Under the pieces are notes generated by a model, which worked only from the letters and a program-made list of their open reading frames with translations, was not told the origin of the DNA and did not search any database. The translations under genes and the position numbers were made by a program. This document shows positions 1 through 17,105 of a DNA stretch of 64,000 nt, in pieces (the first letter of the stretch is position 1; each line of letters opens with the position of its first letter). The stretch lies in assembly GCF_058153355.1 (NCBI RefSeq), contig NZ_CM177019.1; one strand, written 5' to 3'.

Positions 1-21
1 TATCCCTGACAGGAGTAAACA

Positions 22-1428
22 ATGTCAAAGCAACAGATCGGCGTCGTCGGTATGGCAGTGATGGGGCGCAACCTTGCGCTCAACATCGAAAGCCGTGGTT
101 ATACCGTCTCTATTTTCAACCGTTCCCGTGAAAAAACGGAAGAAGTGATTGCCGAAAATCCAGGCAAAAAACTGGTTCCTTACTATACGGTGAAAGAGTT
201 TGTTGAATCTCTGGAAACGCCTCGTCGCATCCTGTTAATGGTGAAAGCAGGTGCAGGCACGGATGCTGCTATTGATTCTCTCAAGCCATACCTCGATAAA
301 GGTGACATCATCATTGATGGTGGTAACACCTTCTTCCAGGACACCATTCGTCGTAACCGTGAGCTTTCTGCAGAAGGCTTTAACTTCATTGGTACCGGTG
401 TTTCCGGCGGTGAAGAGGGGGCGCTGAAAGGGCCGTCCATCATGCCTGGTGGCCAGAAAGAAGCCTATGAACTGGTTGCACCGATCCTGACCAAAATCGC
501 CGCAGTAGCTGAAGACGGGGAGCCATGCGTTACCTATATTGGTGCCGATGGTGCAGGTCACTATGTGAAGATGGTTCACAACGGTATTGAATACGGTGAT
601 ATGCAACTGATTGCTGAAGCCTATTCTCTGCTTAAAGGTGGCCTGAACCTCACCAACGAAGAACTGGCGCAGACCTTTACCGAGTGGAATAACGGTGAAC
701 TGAGCAGCTACCTGATCGACATCACTAAAGACATCTTCACTAAAAAAGATGAAGACGGTAACTACCTGGTTGATGTGATTCTGGATGAAGCAGCAAACAA
801 AGGTACCGGTAAATGGACTAGCCAGAGCGCGCTGGATCTCGGCGAACCGCTGTCGCTGATTACCGAGTCTGTGTTTGCACGTTATATCTCTTCTCTGAAA
901 GATCAGCGCGTTGCCGCGTCTAAAGTTCTCACTGGCCCGAAAGCACAGCCAGCTGGCGAAAAGGCTGAGTTCATCGAAAAAGTTCGTCGTGCGCTGTATC
1001 TGGGCAAAATCGTTTCTTACGCTCAGGGCTTCTCTCAGCTACGCGCCGCGTCTGAAGAGTACAACTGGGATCTGAACTACGGCGAAATCGCGAAGATTTT
1101 CCGTGCTGGTTGCATCATCCGTGCGCAGTTCCTGCAGAAAATCACCGATGCCTATGCCGAAAATCCGCAGATCGCTAACCTGCTGCTGGCTCCGTACTTC
1201 AAGCAAATTGCCGATGACTACCAGCAGGCGCTGCGCGATGTCGTCGCTTACGCAGTACAGAACGGTATCCCGGTTCCGACCTTCGCCGCTGCGGTTGCCT
1301 ATTATGACAGCTACCGTTCTGCTGTTCTGCCTGCGAACCTGATCCAGGCACAGCGTGACTATTTCGGTGCACATACTTATAAGCGCATTGATAAAGAAGG
1401 TGTGTTCCATACCGAATGGTTGGATTAA
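22..1428 (+). CDS. gnd: 6-phosphogluconate dehydrogenase (decarboxylating)
   Basis: 468-aa ORF with N-terminal NADP-binding motif [15 protein letters not shown]; recognised as Gnd; conserved position next to ugd. Confidence 0.96.
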   Translation: MSKQQIGVVGMAVMGRNLALNIESRGYTVSIFNRSREKTEEVIAENPGKKLVPYYTVKEFVESLETPRRILLMVKAGAGTDAAIDSLKPYLDKGDIIIDGGNTFFQDTIRRNRELSAEGFNFIGTGVSGGEEGALKGPSIMPGGQKEAYELVAPILTKIAAVAEDGEPCVTYIGADGAGHYVKMVHNGIEYGDMQLIAEAYSLLKGGLNLTNEELAQTFTEWNNGELSSYLIDITKDIFTKKDEDGNYLVDVILDEAANKGTGKWTSQSALDLGEPLSLITESVFARYISSLKDQRVAASKVLTGPKAQPAGEKAEFIEKVRRALYLGKIVSYAQGFSQLRAASEEYNWDLNYGEIAKIFRAGCIIRAQFLQKITDAYAENPQIANLLLAPYFKQIADDYQQALRDVVAYAVQNGIPVPTFAAAVAYYDSYRSAVLPANLIQAQRDYFGAHTYKRIDKEGVFHTEWLD

Positions 1429-1454
1429 TCTGATCTAACTAACAATAAAATTGA

Positions 1455-1487
1455 GGCCCGGCGTATATTGTGCCGGGCTTTTTTTTG
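1455..1487 (+). terminator. Rho-independent terminator after gnd
   Basis: GC hairpin GCCCGGC...GCCGGGC followed by T-run. Confidence 0.7.
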
Positions 1488-1667
1488 CCAATTATCTTAT
1501 AGACTAAATTTCACTGCTTAATATTAACTTAATAAATATCAGCTATTCTTATAAAGAAAATCTGAATTGTTTTTCGTTGCGTTGACCATCGAACAACGTA
1601 GCGTTAAAACTTTTAGCTCTTATCAGGATGCTAAAAACATCATGATTCACAGTTAAGTTAATTCTGA

Positions 1668-2843
<1,176 letters not shown>

Positions 2844-2989
2844 CATCCTGTTATCAGGGCGATTTTCGCCCTGATTCTCTTATGTTCCCTTTGTAATAAT
2901 TCATTATTTTTATCATATATCCTATAGCATTCATGGCGATTATCGCTAAACTATGGCGACTTAAAATTATTTCGTCCGTTAGGGTAATG

Positions 2990-3967
2990 ATGAGAGTAGA
3001 AAATAATAATGTTTCTGGGCAAAACCATGACCCGGAACAGATTAATTTGATTGATTTACTGGTGCAGTTGTGGCGTGGCAAGATGACAATCATCATCTCT
3101 GTCATTGTTGCTATTGCCCTGGCTATCGGGTATCTGGCCGTTGCCAAAGAAAAGTGGACTTCCACAGCTATCGTTACTCAACCTGATGTGGGGCAAATTG
3201 CTGGTTATACCAACGCGATGAATGTGATCTACGGATCGGCTGTACCGAAAGTCTCCGACATTCAGGCTTCACTTATCGGACGTTACAGCACTGCATTCTC
3301 AGCATTAGCGGAAACGCTGGATAACCAGGAAGAAGCAGAAAAGCTGACCATTGAGCCTACCGTCAAAAATCAGTCATTACCTTTAGCAGTTTCTTATGTT
3401 GGTGAAACACCTGAAGGTGCGCAGAAGCAGCTGGCGAAGTATATCCAGCAAGTTGACGACCAGGTAAATGAAGAACTGGAAAAAGACCTGAAAGACAACA
3501 TCGCGTTGCGTATGAAAAACTTGCAGGACTCTCTGAAAACCCAGGAAGTGGTCGCGCAGGAGCAGAAAGATCTGCGTATCCGTCAGATTCAGGAAGCGTT
3601 GCAGTATGCGAATCAGGCGCAGGTGACAAAGCCACAGGTTCAGCAGACTGAAGATGTGACGCAAGATACGTTGTTCCTTTTGGGGAGCGAAGCGCTGGAG
3701 TCGATGATTAAGCATGAGGCGACCCGTCCGTTGGTGTTCTCACCAAACTACTATCAGACTCGTCAAAACCTGCTGGATATCGAAAGCTTAAAAGTTGATG
3801 ATCTTGATATTCATGCTTACCGTTATGTGATGAAACCGACGTTACCTATTCGTCGCGATAGTCCGAAAAAGGCAATCACCTTGATTCTGGCGGTGCTGCT
3901 GGGCGGCATGGTTGGCGCGGGGATTGTGTTGGGGCGTAATGCTCTACGCGATTACAACGCGAAATAA
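2990..3967 (+). CDS. wzzB: O-antigen chain length determinant (regulator of O-antigen length)
   Basis: ORF 2933-3967; start placed at MRVENNNVSGQNHDPEQI to match known WzzB N-terminus; two TM segments flanking a coiled-coil periplasmic domain. Confidence 0.9.
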   Translation: MRVENNNVSGQNHDPEQINLIDLLVQLWRGKMTIIISVIVAIALAIGYLAVAKEKWTSTAIVTQPDVGQIAGYTNAMNVIYGSAVPKVSDIQASLIGRYSTAFSALAETLDNQEEAEKLTIEPTVKNQSLPLAVSYVGETPEGAQKQLAKYIQQVDDQVNEELEKDLKDNIALRMKNLQDSLKTQEVVAQEQKDLRIRQIQEALQYANQAQVTKPQVQQTEDVTQDTLFLLGSEALESMIKHEATRPLVFSPNYYQTRQNLLDIESLKVDDLDIHAYRYVMKPTLPIRRDSPKKAITLILAVLLGGMVGAGIVLGRNALRDYNAK

Positions 3968-3985
3968 TCTTTGCAGCATTAAAGA

Positions 3986-4023
3986 AAACGGGCAGGGTGG
4001 TGACACCTTGCCCGTTTTTTTTG
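3986..4023. terminator. Bidirectional rho-independent terminator between convergent wzzB and hisI
   Basis: Stem ACGGGCAGGGTG/CACCTTGCCCGT followed by T8. Confidence 0.7.
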
Positions 4024-4063
4024 CCGGATGCGACAACAACATCGCATCCGCTTACCCCGCAAC

Positions 4064-4668
4064 TCACTGATGCCGTTTACGCAGGTTCTCAATCACCGTC
4101 GTTAAATCCAGATCCTGATCCTGCAACAACACCAGCAGGTGATACATCAAGTCAGATGCCTCGTTGGTCAGCTCAAAGCGGTCATGTACCGTTGCTGCCA
4201 GCGCAGTTTCCACGCCTTCTTCGCCCACTTTCTGCGCGATGCGTTTGGTGCCGCTGGCATACAGTTTGGCGGTATAGGAGGTTTCCGGGTCGGCAGTTTT
4301 GCGCTCGGCGAGTAGTTGTTCCAGTTGATACAGGAACAGCCACTGGTGAGCGGTGTTGCCGAAGCAGCTGCTGGTGCCTTTGTGGCAGGTTGGCCCGATG
4401 GGATTCGCCAGCACCAGTAACGTGTCGTTGTCGCAGTCCGGCGCAATACTCACCACATTGAGGAAATTGCCCGACGTTTCGCCTTTGGTCCACAGTCGCT
4501 GTTTAGTGCGGGAGAAAAAGGTGACTTTGCCGCTTTCGATGGTTTTGTCTAAGGCTTCCGGGCTCATATAGCCCAGCATTAGCACTTCGCCAGATACCGC
4601 GTGTTGCACAATCACCGGCATCAGTCCGTCGGTTTTTTCCCAGTCCAGTTCGCGACGTTGTTGTTCTG

Positions 4669-4675
<7 letters not shown>
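4064..4675 (-). CDS. hisI: Bifunctional phosphoribosyl-AMP cyclohydrolase / phosphoribosyl-ATP pyrophosphatase
   Basis: 203-aa ORF, last gene of his operon; overlaps hisF. Confidence 0.95.
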
Positions 4676-6753
<2,078 letters not shown>

Positions 6754-6754
<1 letters not shown>

Positions 6755-7820
6755 TACAGCACTCCTTTCGACGAGGGCAGGGTATCGCCTTCCACGCGGA
6801 TGGCCTGGCGCAGGGTGCGACCAAAAGCTTTGAACAGGCTCTCTACACGGTGGTGATCGTTTTTACCTTTGGTTTTCAGGTGCAGGGTCACGCCCATGGT
6901 GTATGAGAGCGAACGGAAGAAGTGCTCGATCATTTCGGTGCTGAGATCGCCCACGCGCTGGTAGGTAAACTCGGCTTTATATTCCAGGTGCGGGCGACCA
7001 GAGATATCCAGCGCGCAGCGGGCAAGGCATTCGTCCATCGGCAGTACAAAACCAAAGCGGCAAATACCGCGTTTGTCGCCAAGAGCAATTTTTAATGCTT
7101 CGCCCAGCGCCAGGCCGGTATCTTCGACGGTGTGGTGATCGTCGATATAGAGGTCGCCTTTGACGTTGATTTCCATCCGGAAACCGCCGTGGGTGGCGAT
7201 CTGATCCAGCATGTGATCAAAGAAGCCAACGCCGGTGTTAATCTTGCTGCCACCTTCGCGATCCAGCCACACCTGGACGTCAATCTGCGTCTCTTTGGTG
7301 TTGCGCACTACATGGGCGTAACGGTCTCGTTTAGTGAGTTGCTCACCAATCATCGGCCAGTTCAGGGCTTCGCGGTCGTAGCGTAAACCATTAATGCCCA
7401 TGTTTTCCGCCAGTTGAATGTCGGTCGCGCGATCGCCAATCACATAACTGTTAGCGCGATCCATCGCTTGCTCAGCCAGATAACGCTCCACCAGTTTTAC
7501 TTTCGGCTTACGGCAGTCGCACTCATCGGCGGGCAGGTGCGGACAAATCAGCACTTCATCAAACTGCACGCCTTGCGAGGTGAAGATCTGCATCATCAGG
7601 TTGTGCGGGCCATCAAAATCCGCCTGCGGGAAACTTTGTGTTCCCAGACCATCCTGATTAGTGATCATCACCAGTTTGTAGCCCGCTTTTTGCAGCTTCA
7701 GCAGCTGAGGGATCACGCCCGGTTCAAAGGCGAGTTTGTCAAAACGGTCCACCTGAAAATCACTCGGCGGTTCGCTAATCAGGGTTCCATCGCGATCGAT
7801 AAAAAGATACTTCTGACTCA

Positions 7821-7821
<1 letters not shown>
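6754..7821 (-). CDS. hisB: Bifunctional histidinol-phosphatase / imidazoleglycerol-phosphate dehydratase
   Basis: ORF 6754-7824; start trimmed to [13 protein letters not shown]. Confidence 0.95.
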
Positions 7822-10192
<2,371 letters not shown>

Positions 10193-10197
10193 GGCGA

Positions 10198-11097
10198 TCA
10201 CTCCATCATCTTCTCAATCGGCAGGACCAGGATTGAACTGGCACCCAGCGCTTTCAGTTTTTCCATCGTTTCCCAGAACAGGGTTTCGCTACTGACCATG
10301 TGCATCGCTACGCGTTGTTGGTCACCCGCCAGCGGCAGAATGGTTGGGCGTTCGGCACCTGGCAGCAGGGCGATGACTTCATCCAGACGTTCGGTCGGTG
10401 CGTGCATCATGATGTATTTTGATTCGCGCGCCTGGATCACACCCTGAATACGGGTCAGCAGTTTGTCGATCAGTTGCTGTTTGGATTCTTCCATTTCGCC
10501 ATCGCGCTGGATCAGGCAGGCTTTCGAGCGGTAGATAACTTCGACTTCGCGCAGGCCGTTAGCTTCCAGCGTGGCACCGGTGGAAACCAGATCGCAAATC
10601 GCATCCGCCAGTCCGGCACGCGGCGCAACTTCGACAGAGCCGTTCAGTAAGCAGGATTTAAAAGAGATACCTTTCTGGTCGAGATAACGCTTGAGCAGGT
10701 GAGGATAAGAGGTGGCGATACGTTTACCATTTAAGGAGAGCGGACCGTCCCAGGCTTCATCAACCGGCGTTGCCAGCGAAAGGCGGCAGCCGCCGAAATC
10801 CAGACGACGCAAGGTAAAGTAGCGCGGATCTTCACCCTGGGCGCGGCGGTTAAGCAGCTCTTCTTCCAGCACGTTTTCGCCGATAATCCCAAGGTCTACC
10901 ACGCCGTCCATTACCAGACCGGGAATGTCATCGTCACGCACGCGCAGAATATCAATCGGCATGTTTTCTGCCATCGCGATCAGGCGCTGGGTGTGAAGAT
11001 TGATTTTAATGCCACAGCGCGCCAGTAATTCGCGTGAGTCATCACTTAAACGGCCGGATTTCTGCATAGCTATGCGTAAACGAGTGTTGTCTGTCAT
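10198..11097 (-). CDS. hisG: ATP phosphoribosyltransferase
   Basis: ORF 10198-11136; start trimmed to [17 protein letters not shown]. Confidence 0.95.
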
Positions 11098-11144
11098 TTT
11101 CTTATTCCTCTTTAAACCTGTCTGAACCGTTAACAACCGCGCAA

Positions 11145-11181
11145 TAAAAAAGCCCCCGGAAGGTGATCTTCCGGGGGCTTT
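11145..11181 (-). promoter_or_regulatory. his operon attenuator terminator
   Basis: Minus-strand hairpin AGCCCCCGGAAGATCACCTTCCGGGGGCT followed by U-run, between hisL and hisG. Confidence 0.85.
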
Positions 11182-11242
11182 CTCATGCGTTCATGCACCA
11201 CTGGAAGATCTGAATGTCTTCCAGCACACATCGCCTGAAAGA

Positions 11243-11293
11243 CTAGTCAGTATGATGGTGATGATGGTGGTGTTTAAATTGAACGCGTGTCAT
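11243..11293 (-). CDS. hisL: his operon leader peptide with seven consecutive His codons
   Basis: Minus-strand ORF atgacacgcgttcaatttaaa + (cac/cat)x7 + actgactag = MTRVQFKHHHHHHHTD. Confidence 0.92.
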   Translation of the reverse strand: MTRVQFKHHHHHHHTD

Positions 11294-11575
11294 AAAAGTC
11301 TCTGTGAATGTTTATTCAACTGATGTCTTTTAACCTAAACCACTTTCACGTTAGAAAGCAAGGGCTTTTTTATATATTTTATGGCGATGGATTTGTTTAA
11401 TGAATGAGCGGGGAAAGGAGGGGGCTAAGAGGACTGTCCTCTAACTTGACAGCACCAAAAAGAGCAAAGTCTGATTTTTCGTCTCGCTGGCAATGTCTTG
11501 ATCTACAAACTAATTAATAAATAGTGAATTAACACCCATCATTGTACAATGAACTGTACAAAAGAGGAGATTTAC

Positions 11576-11827
11576 ATGCGTACAATTAGCTACAGCGAAG
11601 CGCGTCAGAATTTGTCGGCAACAATGATGAAAGCCGTTGAAGATCATGCCCCGATCCTCATTACTCGTCAGAATGGAGAGGCTTGTGTTCTGATGTCACT
11701 CGAAGAATACAACTCGCTGGAAGAGACGGCTTATCTACTGCGTTCCCCCGCTAACGCCCGGAGATTGATGGACTCAATCGATAGCCTGAAATCAGGCAAA
11801 GGAACGGAAAAGGACATTATTGAGTGA
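11576..11827 (+). CDS. yefM: Type II antitoxin YefM
   Basis: 83-aa [37 protein letters not shown] at 11576; overlaps yoeB start. Confidence 0.93.
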
Positions 11828-12078
11828 AACTAATCTGGTCTGAGGAATCATGGGATGATTATCTGTACTGGCAGGAAACAGATAAGCGAATTGTTAAAAA
11901 GATCAATGAACTTATCAAAGATACCCGCAGAACACCATTTGAAGGTAAGGGGAAACCAGAACCCCTGAAACATAATTTGTCAGGTTTCTGGTCCCGACGC
12001 ATTACAGAGGAGCACCGTCTGGTATACGCGGTTACTGATGATTCACTGCTCATTGCAGCATGTCGTTATCATTATTGA
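11824..12078 (+). CDS. yoeB: Type II toxin YoeB (ribosome-dependent mRNA interferase)
   Basis: 84-aa [25 protein letters not shown]; 4-bp overlap with yefM. Confidence 0.93.
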
Positions 12079-12160
12079 ACAGATTCATTCATAGAATGAA
12101 TTGTCAGTTTTGATACGCTAGCGTAGCCTTATAGATCTAAGGTGTATCAGGAGATAACGG

Positions 12161-12985
12161 ATGAAAAAGGTCGCAATTGTCGGGTTAGGGTGGTTAGGCA
12201 TGCCGCTGGCGATGTCACTTTCAGCGCGAGGCTGGCAAGTCACCGGGAGTAAAACCACACAAGATGGTGTCGAAGCGGCCCGAATGAGTGGCATTGATAG
12301 CTATCTGCTTCGCATGGAGCCTGAGTTAGTTTGCGATTCTGACGATCTGGATGCCCTGATGGATGCCGATGCGCTGGTCATTACGCTTCCGGCACGTCGT
12401 AGCGGCCCCGGCGATGAGTTCTATTTACAAGCGGTACAAGAGTTAGTGGATAGCGCGCTGGCCCATCGTATTCCCCGCATTATTTTTACCAGCTCGACAT
12501 CTGTCTATGGCGACGCGCAAGGCACGGTGAAAGAAACCACCCCGCGTAATCCGGTGACCAACAGTGGACGAGTATTAGAAGAACTCGAAGACTGGCTGCA
12601 CAATTTACCCGGTACTTCGGTCGATATTCTGCGTCTTGCGGGCCTGGTCGGACCGGGACGTCATCCCGGACGCTTCTTTGCCGGAAAAACCGCCCCTGAT
12701 GGTGAACATGGTGTTAATTTAGTCCATTTAGAAGATGTTATTGGCGCTATCACTCTGTTGTTACAGGCACCTAAAGGCGGACACATCTATAATATATGTG
12801 CGCCAGCTCACCCTGCGCGTAATGTTTTCTATCCGCAGATGGCCCGTTTATTGGGGCTGGAACCTCCGCAGTTCAGAAATAGTCTGGACAGCGGCAAAGG
12901 TAAGATTATTGATGGCAGTCGGATTTGTAATGAACTGGGATTTGAATACCAGTATCCCGATCCGCTGGTAATGCCGCTGGAGTAA
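12161..12985 (+). CDS. yeeZ: NAD(P)-binding epimerase/dehydratase-family protein
   Basis: 274-aa ORF with N-terminal GLGWLG Rossmann motif; conserved position. Confidence 0.85.
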   Translation: MKKVAIVGLGWLGMPLAMSLSARGWQVTGSKTTQDGVEAARMSGIDSYLLRMEPELVCDSDDLDALMDADALVITLPARRSGPGDEFYLQAVQELVDSALAHRIPRIIFTSSTSVYGDAQGTVKETTPRNPVTNSGRVLEELEDWLHNLPGTSVDILRLAGLVGPGRHPGRFFAGKTAPDGEHGVNLVHLEDVIGAITLLLQAPKGGHIYNICAPAHPARNVFYPQMARLLGLEPPQFRNSLDSGKGKIIDGSRICNELGFEYQYPDPLVMPLE

Positions 12986-13030
12986 ACGATCACGCCAGCA
13001 GGACGCCGCATACACTGCAAGGGGGCGTGT

Positions 13031-13960
13031 ATGAAACCACTGCTGGATGTGTTGATGATCCTCGATGCCTTAGAAAAAGAAGGCAGTTTTGCGGCGGCGT
13101 CGGCCAAACTCTACAAGACGCCGTCCGCTCTGAGTTACACCGTTCACAAGCTGGAAAGCGACCTTAATATTCAATTGCTTGATCGCAGCGGACACCGCGC
13201 TAAATTCACCCGCACCGGAAAAATGTTATTAGAGAAAGGGCGGGAAGTTCTGCATACCGTGCGAGAACTGGAAAAGCAGGCGATCAAACTGCATGAAGGC
13301 TGGGAAAACGAGCTGGTGATTGGCGTGGACGACACCTTCCCTTTTTCTCTGCTTGCGCCACTCATTGAGGCTTTTTATCAACATCATAGCGTGACGCGCC
13401 TGAAGTTTATCAATGGTGTACTCGGTGGTTCATGGGATGCCCTGACTCAGGGGCGAGCGGATATTATTGTTGGCGCGATGCATGAGCCACCATCTTCCAG
13501 TGAGTTTGGTTTCTCTCGGTTGGGCGATCTGGAACAAGTCTTTGCGGTCGCGCCTCATCATCCGTTAGCCCTGGAAGAAGAACCGTTAAACCGTCGTATC
13601 ATTAAACGATATCGGGCGATTGTGGTGGGGGACACTGCACAGGCCGGCGCTTCTACGGCCTCACAACTTCTCGACGAACAAGAAGCTATTACCGTTTTCG
13701 ATTTTAAAACCAAGCTGGAGCTGCAAATTAGCGGCCTCGGCTGCGGCTATTTACCCCGTTATCTGGCGCAACGTTTTCTCGATAGTGGTGCGTTAATCGA
13801 GAAGAAAGTGGTCGCCCAAACCCTCTTTGAACCCGTCTGGATTGGCTGGAATGAACAGACCGCGGGGCTTGCCAGTGGTTGGTGGCGGGACGAAATTTTA
13901 GCAAATAGTGCGATCGCCGGTGTTTATGCAAAATCTGATGACGGAAAATCAGCCATTTAA
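13031..13960 (+). CDS. yeeY: LysR-family transcriptional regulator
   Basis: 309-aa ORF with N-terminal HTH and LysR substrate-binding domain. Confidence 0.85.
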   Translation: MKPLLDVLMILDALEKEGSFAAASAKLYKTPSALSYTVHKLESDLNIQLLDRSGHRAKFTRTGKMLLEKGREVLHTVRELEKQAIKLHEGWENELVIGVDDTFPFSLLAPLIEAFYQHHSVTRLKFINGVLGGSWDALTQGRADIIVGAMHEPPSSSEFGFSRLGDLEQVFAVAPHHPLALEEEPLNRRIIKRYRAIVVGDTAQAGASTASQLLDEQEAITVFDFKTKLELQISGLGCGYLPRYLAQRFLDSGALIEKKVVAQTLFEPVWIGWNEQTAGLASGWWRDEILANSAIAGVYAKSDDGKSAI

Positions 13961-14226
13961 AGAAAAATTATTATGACAAGCCTCTCATTCTCTTGTCATT
14001 TCCCCCCCATTTAGGCACAATGCGCCGCTGTCAAAAAATGACTAAAAACCGACGTTTAATTAGCGTCGGTTATTTTTTGCTTCAAACCAATCATTCATAC
14101 CAAGAGGCCGGGCTTCGTACCGGATAGATATTTACTAAAAATCGACAGTTGTTGTCGCTGAGGAATCCAAAAAAATGGGGCAATTTTTTGCTTACGCGAC
14201 GGTTATCACCGTAAAGGAGAATGACC

Positions 14227-15585
14227 ATGTCGCATAACGTTACTCCAAACACCTCTCGCGTGGAATTGCGTAAAACGCTTACGTTAGTTCCGGTTGTAAT
14301 GATGGGTCTTGCCTATATGCAGCCGATGACGCTGTTTGATACATTTGGTATCGTTTCAGGCCTCACGGATGGTCATGTGCCGACAGCCTATGCGTTCGCA
14401 TTGATTGCGATCCTGTTTACGGCTCTGAGCTACGGGAAGCTGGTTCGCCGCTATCCTTCTGCTGGCTCTGCATACACTTACGCCCAGAAATCCATTAGCC
14501 CGACTGTCGGCTTTATGGTGGGTTGGTCTTCTCTGCTCGACTATCTGTTCGCGCCGATGATCAACATTCTGCTGGCGAAAATCTATTTTGAAGCTCTGGT
14601 GCCTTCCATCCCATCGTGGATGTTTGTGGTGGCGCTGGTGGCCTTTATGACCGCCTTTAACCTGCGTAGTCTGAAATCCGTAGCGAACTTCAACACTGTA
14701 ATCGTCGTGTTGCAGGTAGTGCTGATCGCGGTGATTCTGGGCATGGTTGTTTATGGCGTATTTGAAGGTGAAGGCGCGGGTACGCTGGCGAGCACTCGTC
14801 CGTTCTGGTCTGGCGATGCGCATGTTATCCCGATGATTACCGGGGCGACAATCCTGTGCTTCTCCTTTACCGGCTTTGACGGCATCAGCAACCTGTCGGA
14901 AGAAACCAAAGATGCAGAGCGCGTGATCCCGCGTGCGATTTTCCTGACCGCGCTGATTGGCGGCATGATCTTCATCTTTGCAACTTACTTCCTGCAGCTG
15001 TACTTCCCGGATATCTCTCGCTTTAAAGATCCGGATGCGTCACAGCCTGAAATCATGCTGTACGTTGCGGGTAAAGCGTTCCAGGTTGGCGCGCTGATCT
15101 TCTCCACCATTACCGTACTGGCGTCCGGTATGGCGGCGCATGCAGGCGTAGCGCGTCTGATGTACGTAATGGGGCGTGACGGTGTGTTCCCGAAAAGCTT
15201 CTTCGGTTATGTACACCCGAAATGGCGTACTCCGGCAATGAACATCATCCTGGTTGGCGCGATTGCCTTGCTGGCAATCAACTTCGACCTGGTAATGGCT
15301 ACGGCGCTGATTAACTTTGGTGCGCTGGTGGCGTTCACCTTCGTTAACCTGTCGGTTATTTCGCAGTTCTGGATCCGTGAGAAGCGTAACAAGACGCTGA
15401 AAGATCACTTCCAGTATCTGTTCCTGCCGATGTGTGGTGCGCTGACCGTTGGTGCGCTGTGGGTTAACCTGGAAGAAAGCTCAATGGTTCTGGGTCTGAT
15501 CTGGGCTGCTATCGGTCTGATTTACCTGGCTTGCGTAACCAAGAGTTTCCGTAATCCGGTTCCGCAGTACGAAGACGTAGCATAA
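14227..15585 (+). CDS. plaP: Putrescine importer (APC-family amino acid/polyamine permease)
   Basis: ORF 14221-15585; start set at [16 protein letters not shown]; 12 predicted TM helices. Confidence 0.9.
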   Translation: MSHNVTPNTSRVELRKTLTLVPVVMMGLAYMQPMTLFDTFGIVSGLTDGHVPTAYAFALIAILFTALSYGKLVRRYPSAGSAYTYAQKSISPTVGFMVGWSSLLDYLFAPMINILLAKIYFEALVPSIPSWMFVVALVAFMTAFNLRSLKSVANFNTVIVVLQVVLIAVILGMVVYGVFEGEGAGTLASTRPFWSGDAHVIPMITGATILCFSFTGFDGISNLSEETKDAERVIPRAIFLTALIGGMIFIFATYFLQLYFPDISRFKDPDASQPEIMLYVAGKAFQVGALIFSTITVLASGMAAHAGVARLMYVMGRDGVFPKSFFGYVHPKWRTPAMNIILVGAIALLAINFDLVMATALINFGALVAFTFVNLSVISQFWIREKRNKTLKDHFQYLFLPMCGALTVGALWVNLEESSMVLGLIWAAIGLIYLACVTKSFRNPVPQYEDVA

Positions 15586-15603
15586 TCATCTTTTCTAATA
15601 ATA

Positions 15604-15641
15604 AACCGGAGTCGAATGAACATTTGGCTCCGGTTTTTTTA
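15604..15641 (+). terminator. Rho-independent terminator after plaP
   Basis: AACCGGAG...CTCCGGTT hairpin followed by T7. Confidence 0.7.
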
Positions 15642-15763
15642 TTCTTTTTTATCGAAATCCTCATTAATAACCATTTGTTCTAATTTAGAGAATTTGGTTA
15701 TTGGTCTGCATTCCACCAGTCATGAATAATTTCCCCATTAACATTCATCTGGTTAATTAATTT

Positions 15764-16822
15764 ATGTTTTCAATGATATTAAGCGGGCTAATTTGTGGTG
15801 CTCTGCTGGGATTTGTCATGCAGCGTGGGCGTTTTTGCCTGACAGGTGGTTTTCGCGATATGTATATCGCGAAAAATAATCGCATGTTTTACGCCTTGCT
15901 GATTGCAATTTCGGTACAAAGCGTGGGGGTTTTTGCGTTAATTCAGGCGGGCCTACTGACTTACGAAGCCGGGGCGTTCCCGTGGCTTGGTACTGTTATA
16001 GGTGGGTATCTTTTCGGGCTGGGAATTGTTCTGGCGGGTGGATGTGCCACCGGGACCTGGTATCGCGCGGGTGAGGGATTGATCGGCAGTTGGATCGCGC
16101 TTTTCACTTATATGGTGATGAGTGCGGTGATGCGTTCTCCACACGCCAGTGGTTTAAATCAAACCTTGCAGCACTACACTACTGAACATAACTCTATTGC
16201 TGATACTTTTAATTTGTCTGTGTGGCCGTTGGTTGCCGTTTTGCTGGTGATAACGCTCTGGGTGGTGATGAAAGAGTTGAAGAAGCCAAAACTCAAAGTC
16301 GCGACCTTACCGCCGCGCCGAACCGGGATCGCTCATATTCTGTTTGAAAAACGCTGGCATCCCTTTGTCACTGCTGTACTCATCGGTTTGATTGCGCTTT
16401 TAGCCTGGCCCCTGAGTGAAGCAACCGGACGCATGTTTGGGTTAGGAATCACTTCCCCAACGGCCAATATTCTGCAATTTCTGGTCGCGGGTGACGTGAA
16501 ATACATTAACTGGGGCGTTTTCCTGGTGTTAGGGATCTTCGTGGGGTCATTTATTGCAGCCAAAGCGAGCCGTGAGTTCCGCGTTCGCGCTGCTGATGCA
16601 CAAACAACATTACGTAGCGGGTTAGGTGGTGTACTGATGGGCTTCGGTGCCAGCATTGCAGGTGGTTGCTCTATCGGTAATGGACTGGTCATGACTGCAA
16701 TGATGACCTGGCAGGGCTGGATTGGCCTTGTATTTATGATTCTCGGAGTCTGGACTGCGTCCTGGCTTGTGTATGTTCGACCGCAGCGTAAGGCACGACT
16801 GGCAACTGCTGCGGCAAATTAA
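15764..16822 (+). CDS. yeeE: YeeE/YedE-family inner membrane protein (putative thiosulfate/sulfur transporter)
   Basis: 352-aa hydrophobic ORF with two conserved Cys-containing GxCxxG-type segments; upstream of tusA-like yeeD. Confidence 0.88.
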   Translation: MFSMILSGLICGALLGFVMQRGRFCLTGGFRDMYIAKNNRMFYALLIAISVQSVGVFALIQAGLLTYEAGAFPWLGTVIGGYLFGLGIVLAGGCATGTWYRAGEGLIGSWIALFTYMVMSAVMRSPHASGLNQTLQHYTTEHNSIADTFNLSVWPLVAVLLVITLWVVMKELKKPKLKVATLPPRRTGIAHILFEKRWHPFVTAVLIGLIALLAWPLSEATGRMFGLGITSPTANILQFLVAGDVKYINWGVFLVLGIFVGSFIAAKASREFRVRAADAQTTLRSGLGGVLMGFGASIAGGCSIGNGLVMTAMMTWQGWIGLVFMILGVWTASWLVYVRPQRKARLATAAAN

Positions 16823-16835
16823 GTAAGGTGTAAAG

Positions 16836-17063
16836 ATGGCGATTAAAAAGCTGGATGTGGTGACGCAGGTCTGTCCGTTTCCACTCATAGAAGCAAAAGC
16901 AGCACTGGCAGAAATGGCCAGCGGCGATGAGTTGGTAATTGAGTTTGATTGCACCCAGGCAACTGAAGCAATCCCACAGTGGGCGGCAGAAGAAGGACAT
17001 GCCATCACCGATTATCAGCAGATTGGCGATGCAGCGTGGAGCATCACCGTTCAAAAAGCCTGA
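16836..17063 (+). CDS. yeeD: TusA-like sulfurtransferase
   Basis: 75-aa ORF with CPFP motif (VVTQVCPFPLIEAK). Confidence 0.88.
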   Translation: MAIKKLDVVTQVCPFPLIEAKAALAEMASGDELVIEFDCTQATEAIPQWAAEEGHAITDYQQIGDAAWSITVQKA

Positions 17064-17073
17064 CTCAAAATTG

Positions 17074-17099
17074 TCCTCCGCCGTACCAGCGGCGGAGGC
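17074..17099. terminator. Bidirectional hairpin between convergent yeeD and sbcB
   Basis: CCTCCGCCG tacca GCGGCGGAGG stem-loop. Confidence 0.55.
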
Positions 17100-17105
17100 T
17101 TCACA

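Noticed and set aside
183-1410. Antisense and alternative-frame ORFs inside gnd (183-443, 235-606, 1039-1410 minus; 1103-1342 plus)
   Set aside because: Fully embedded in a well-recognised, highly expressed conserved gene; typical spurious ORFs from GC-rich codon usage.
3997-4493. Overlapping ORFs on both strands across hisI (3997-4461, 4168-4446, 4182-4493)
   Set aside because: Shadow ORFs within the hisI coding region; Pro/Arg/Ala-rich low-complexity translations typical of wrong-frame reads.
11243-11293. hisL leader ends His7-Thr-Asp rather than the His7-Pro-Asp I recall for K-12
   Set aside because: Single-codon difference downstream of the regulatory His run; I cannot verify the reference residue from memory and it would not affect attenuation.
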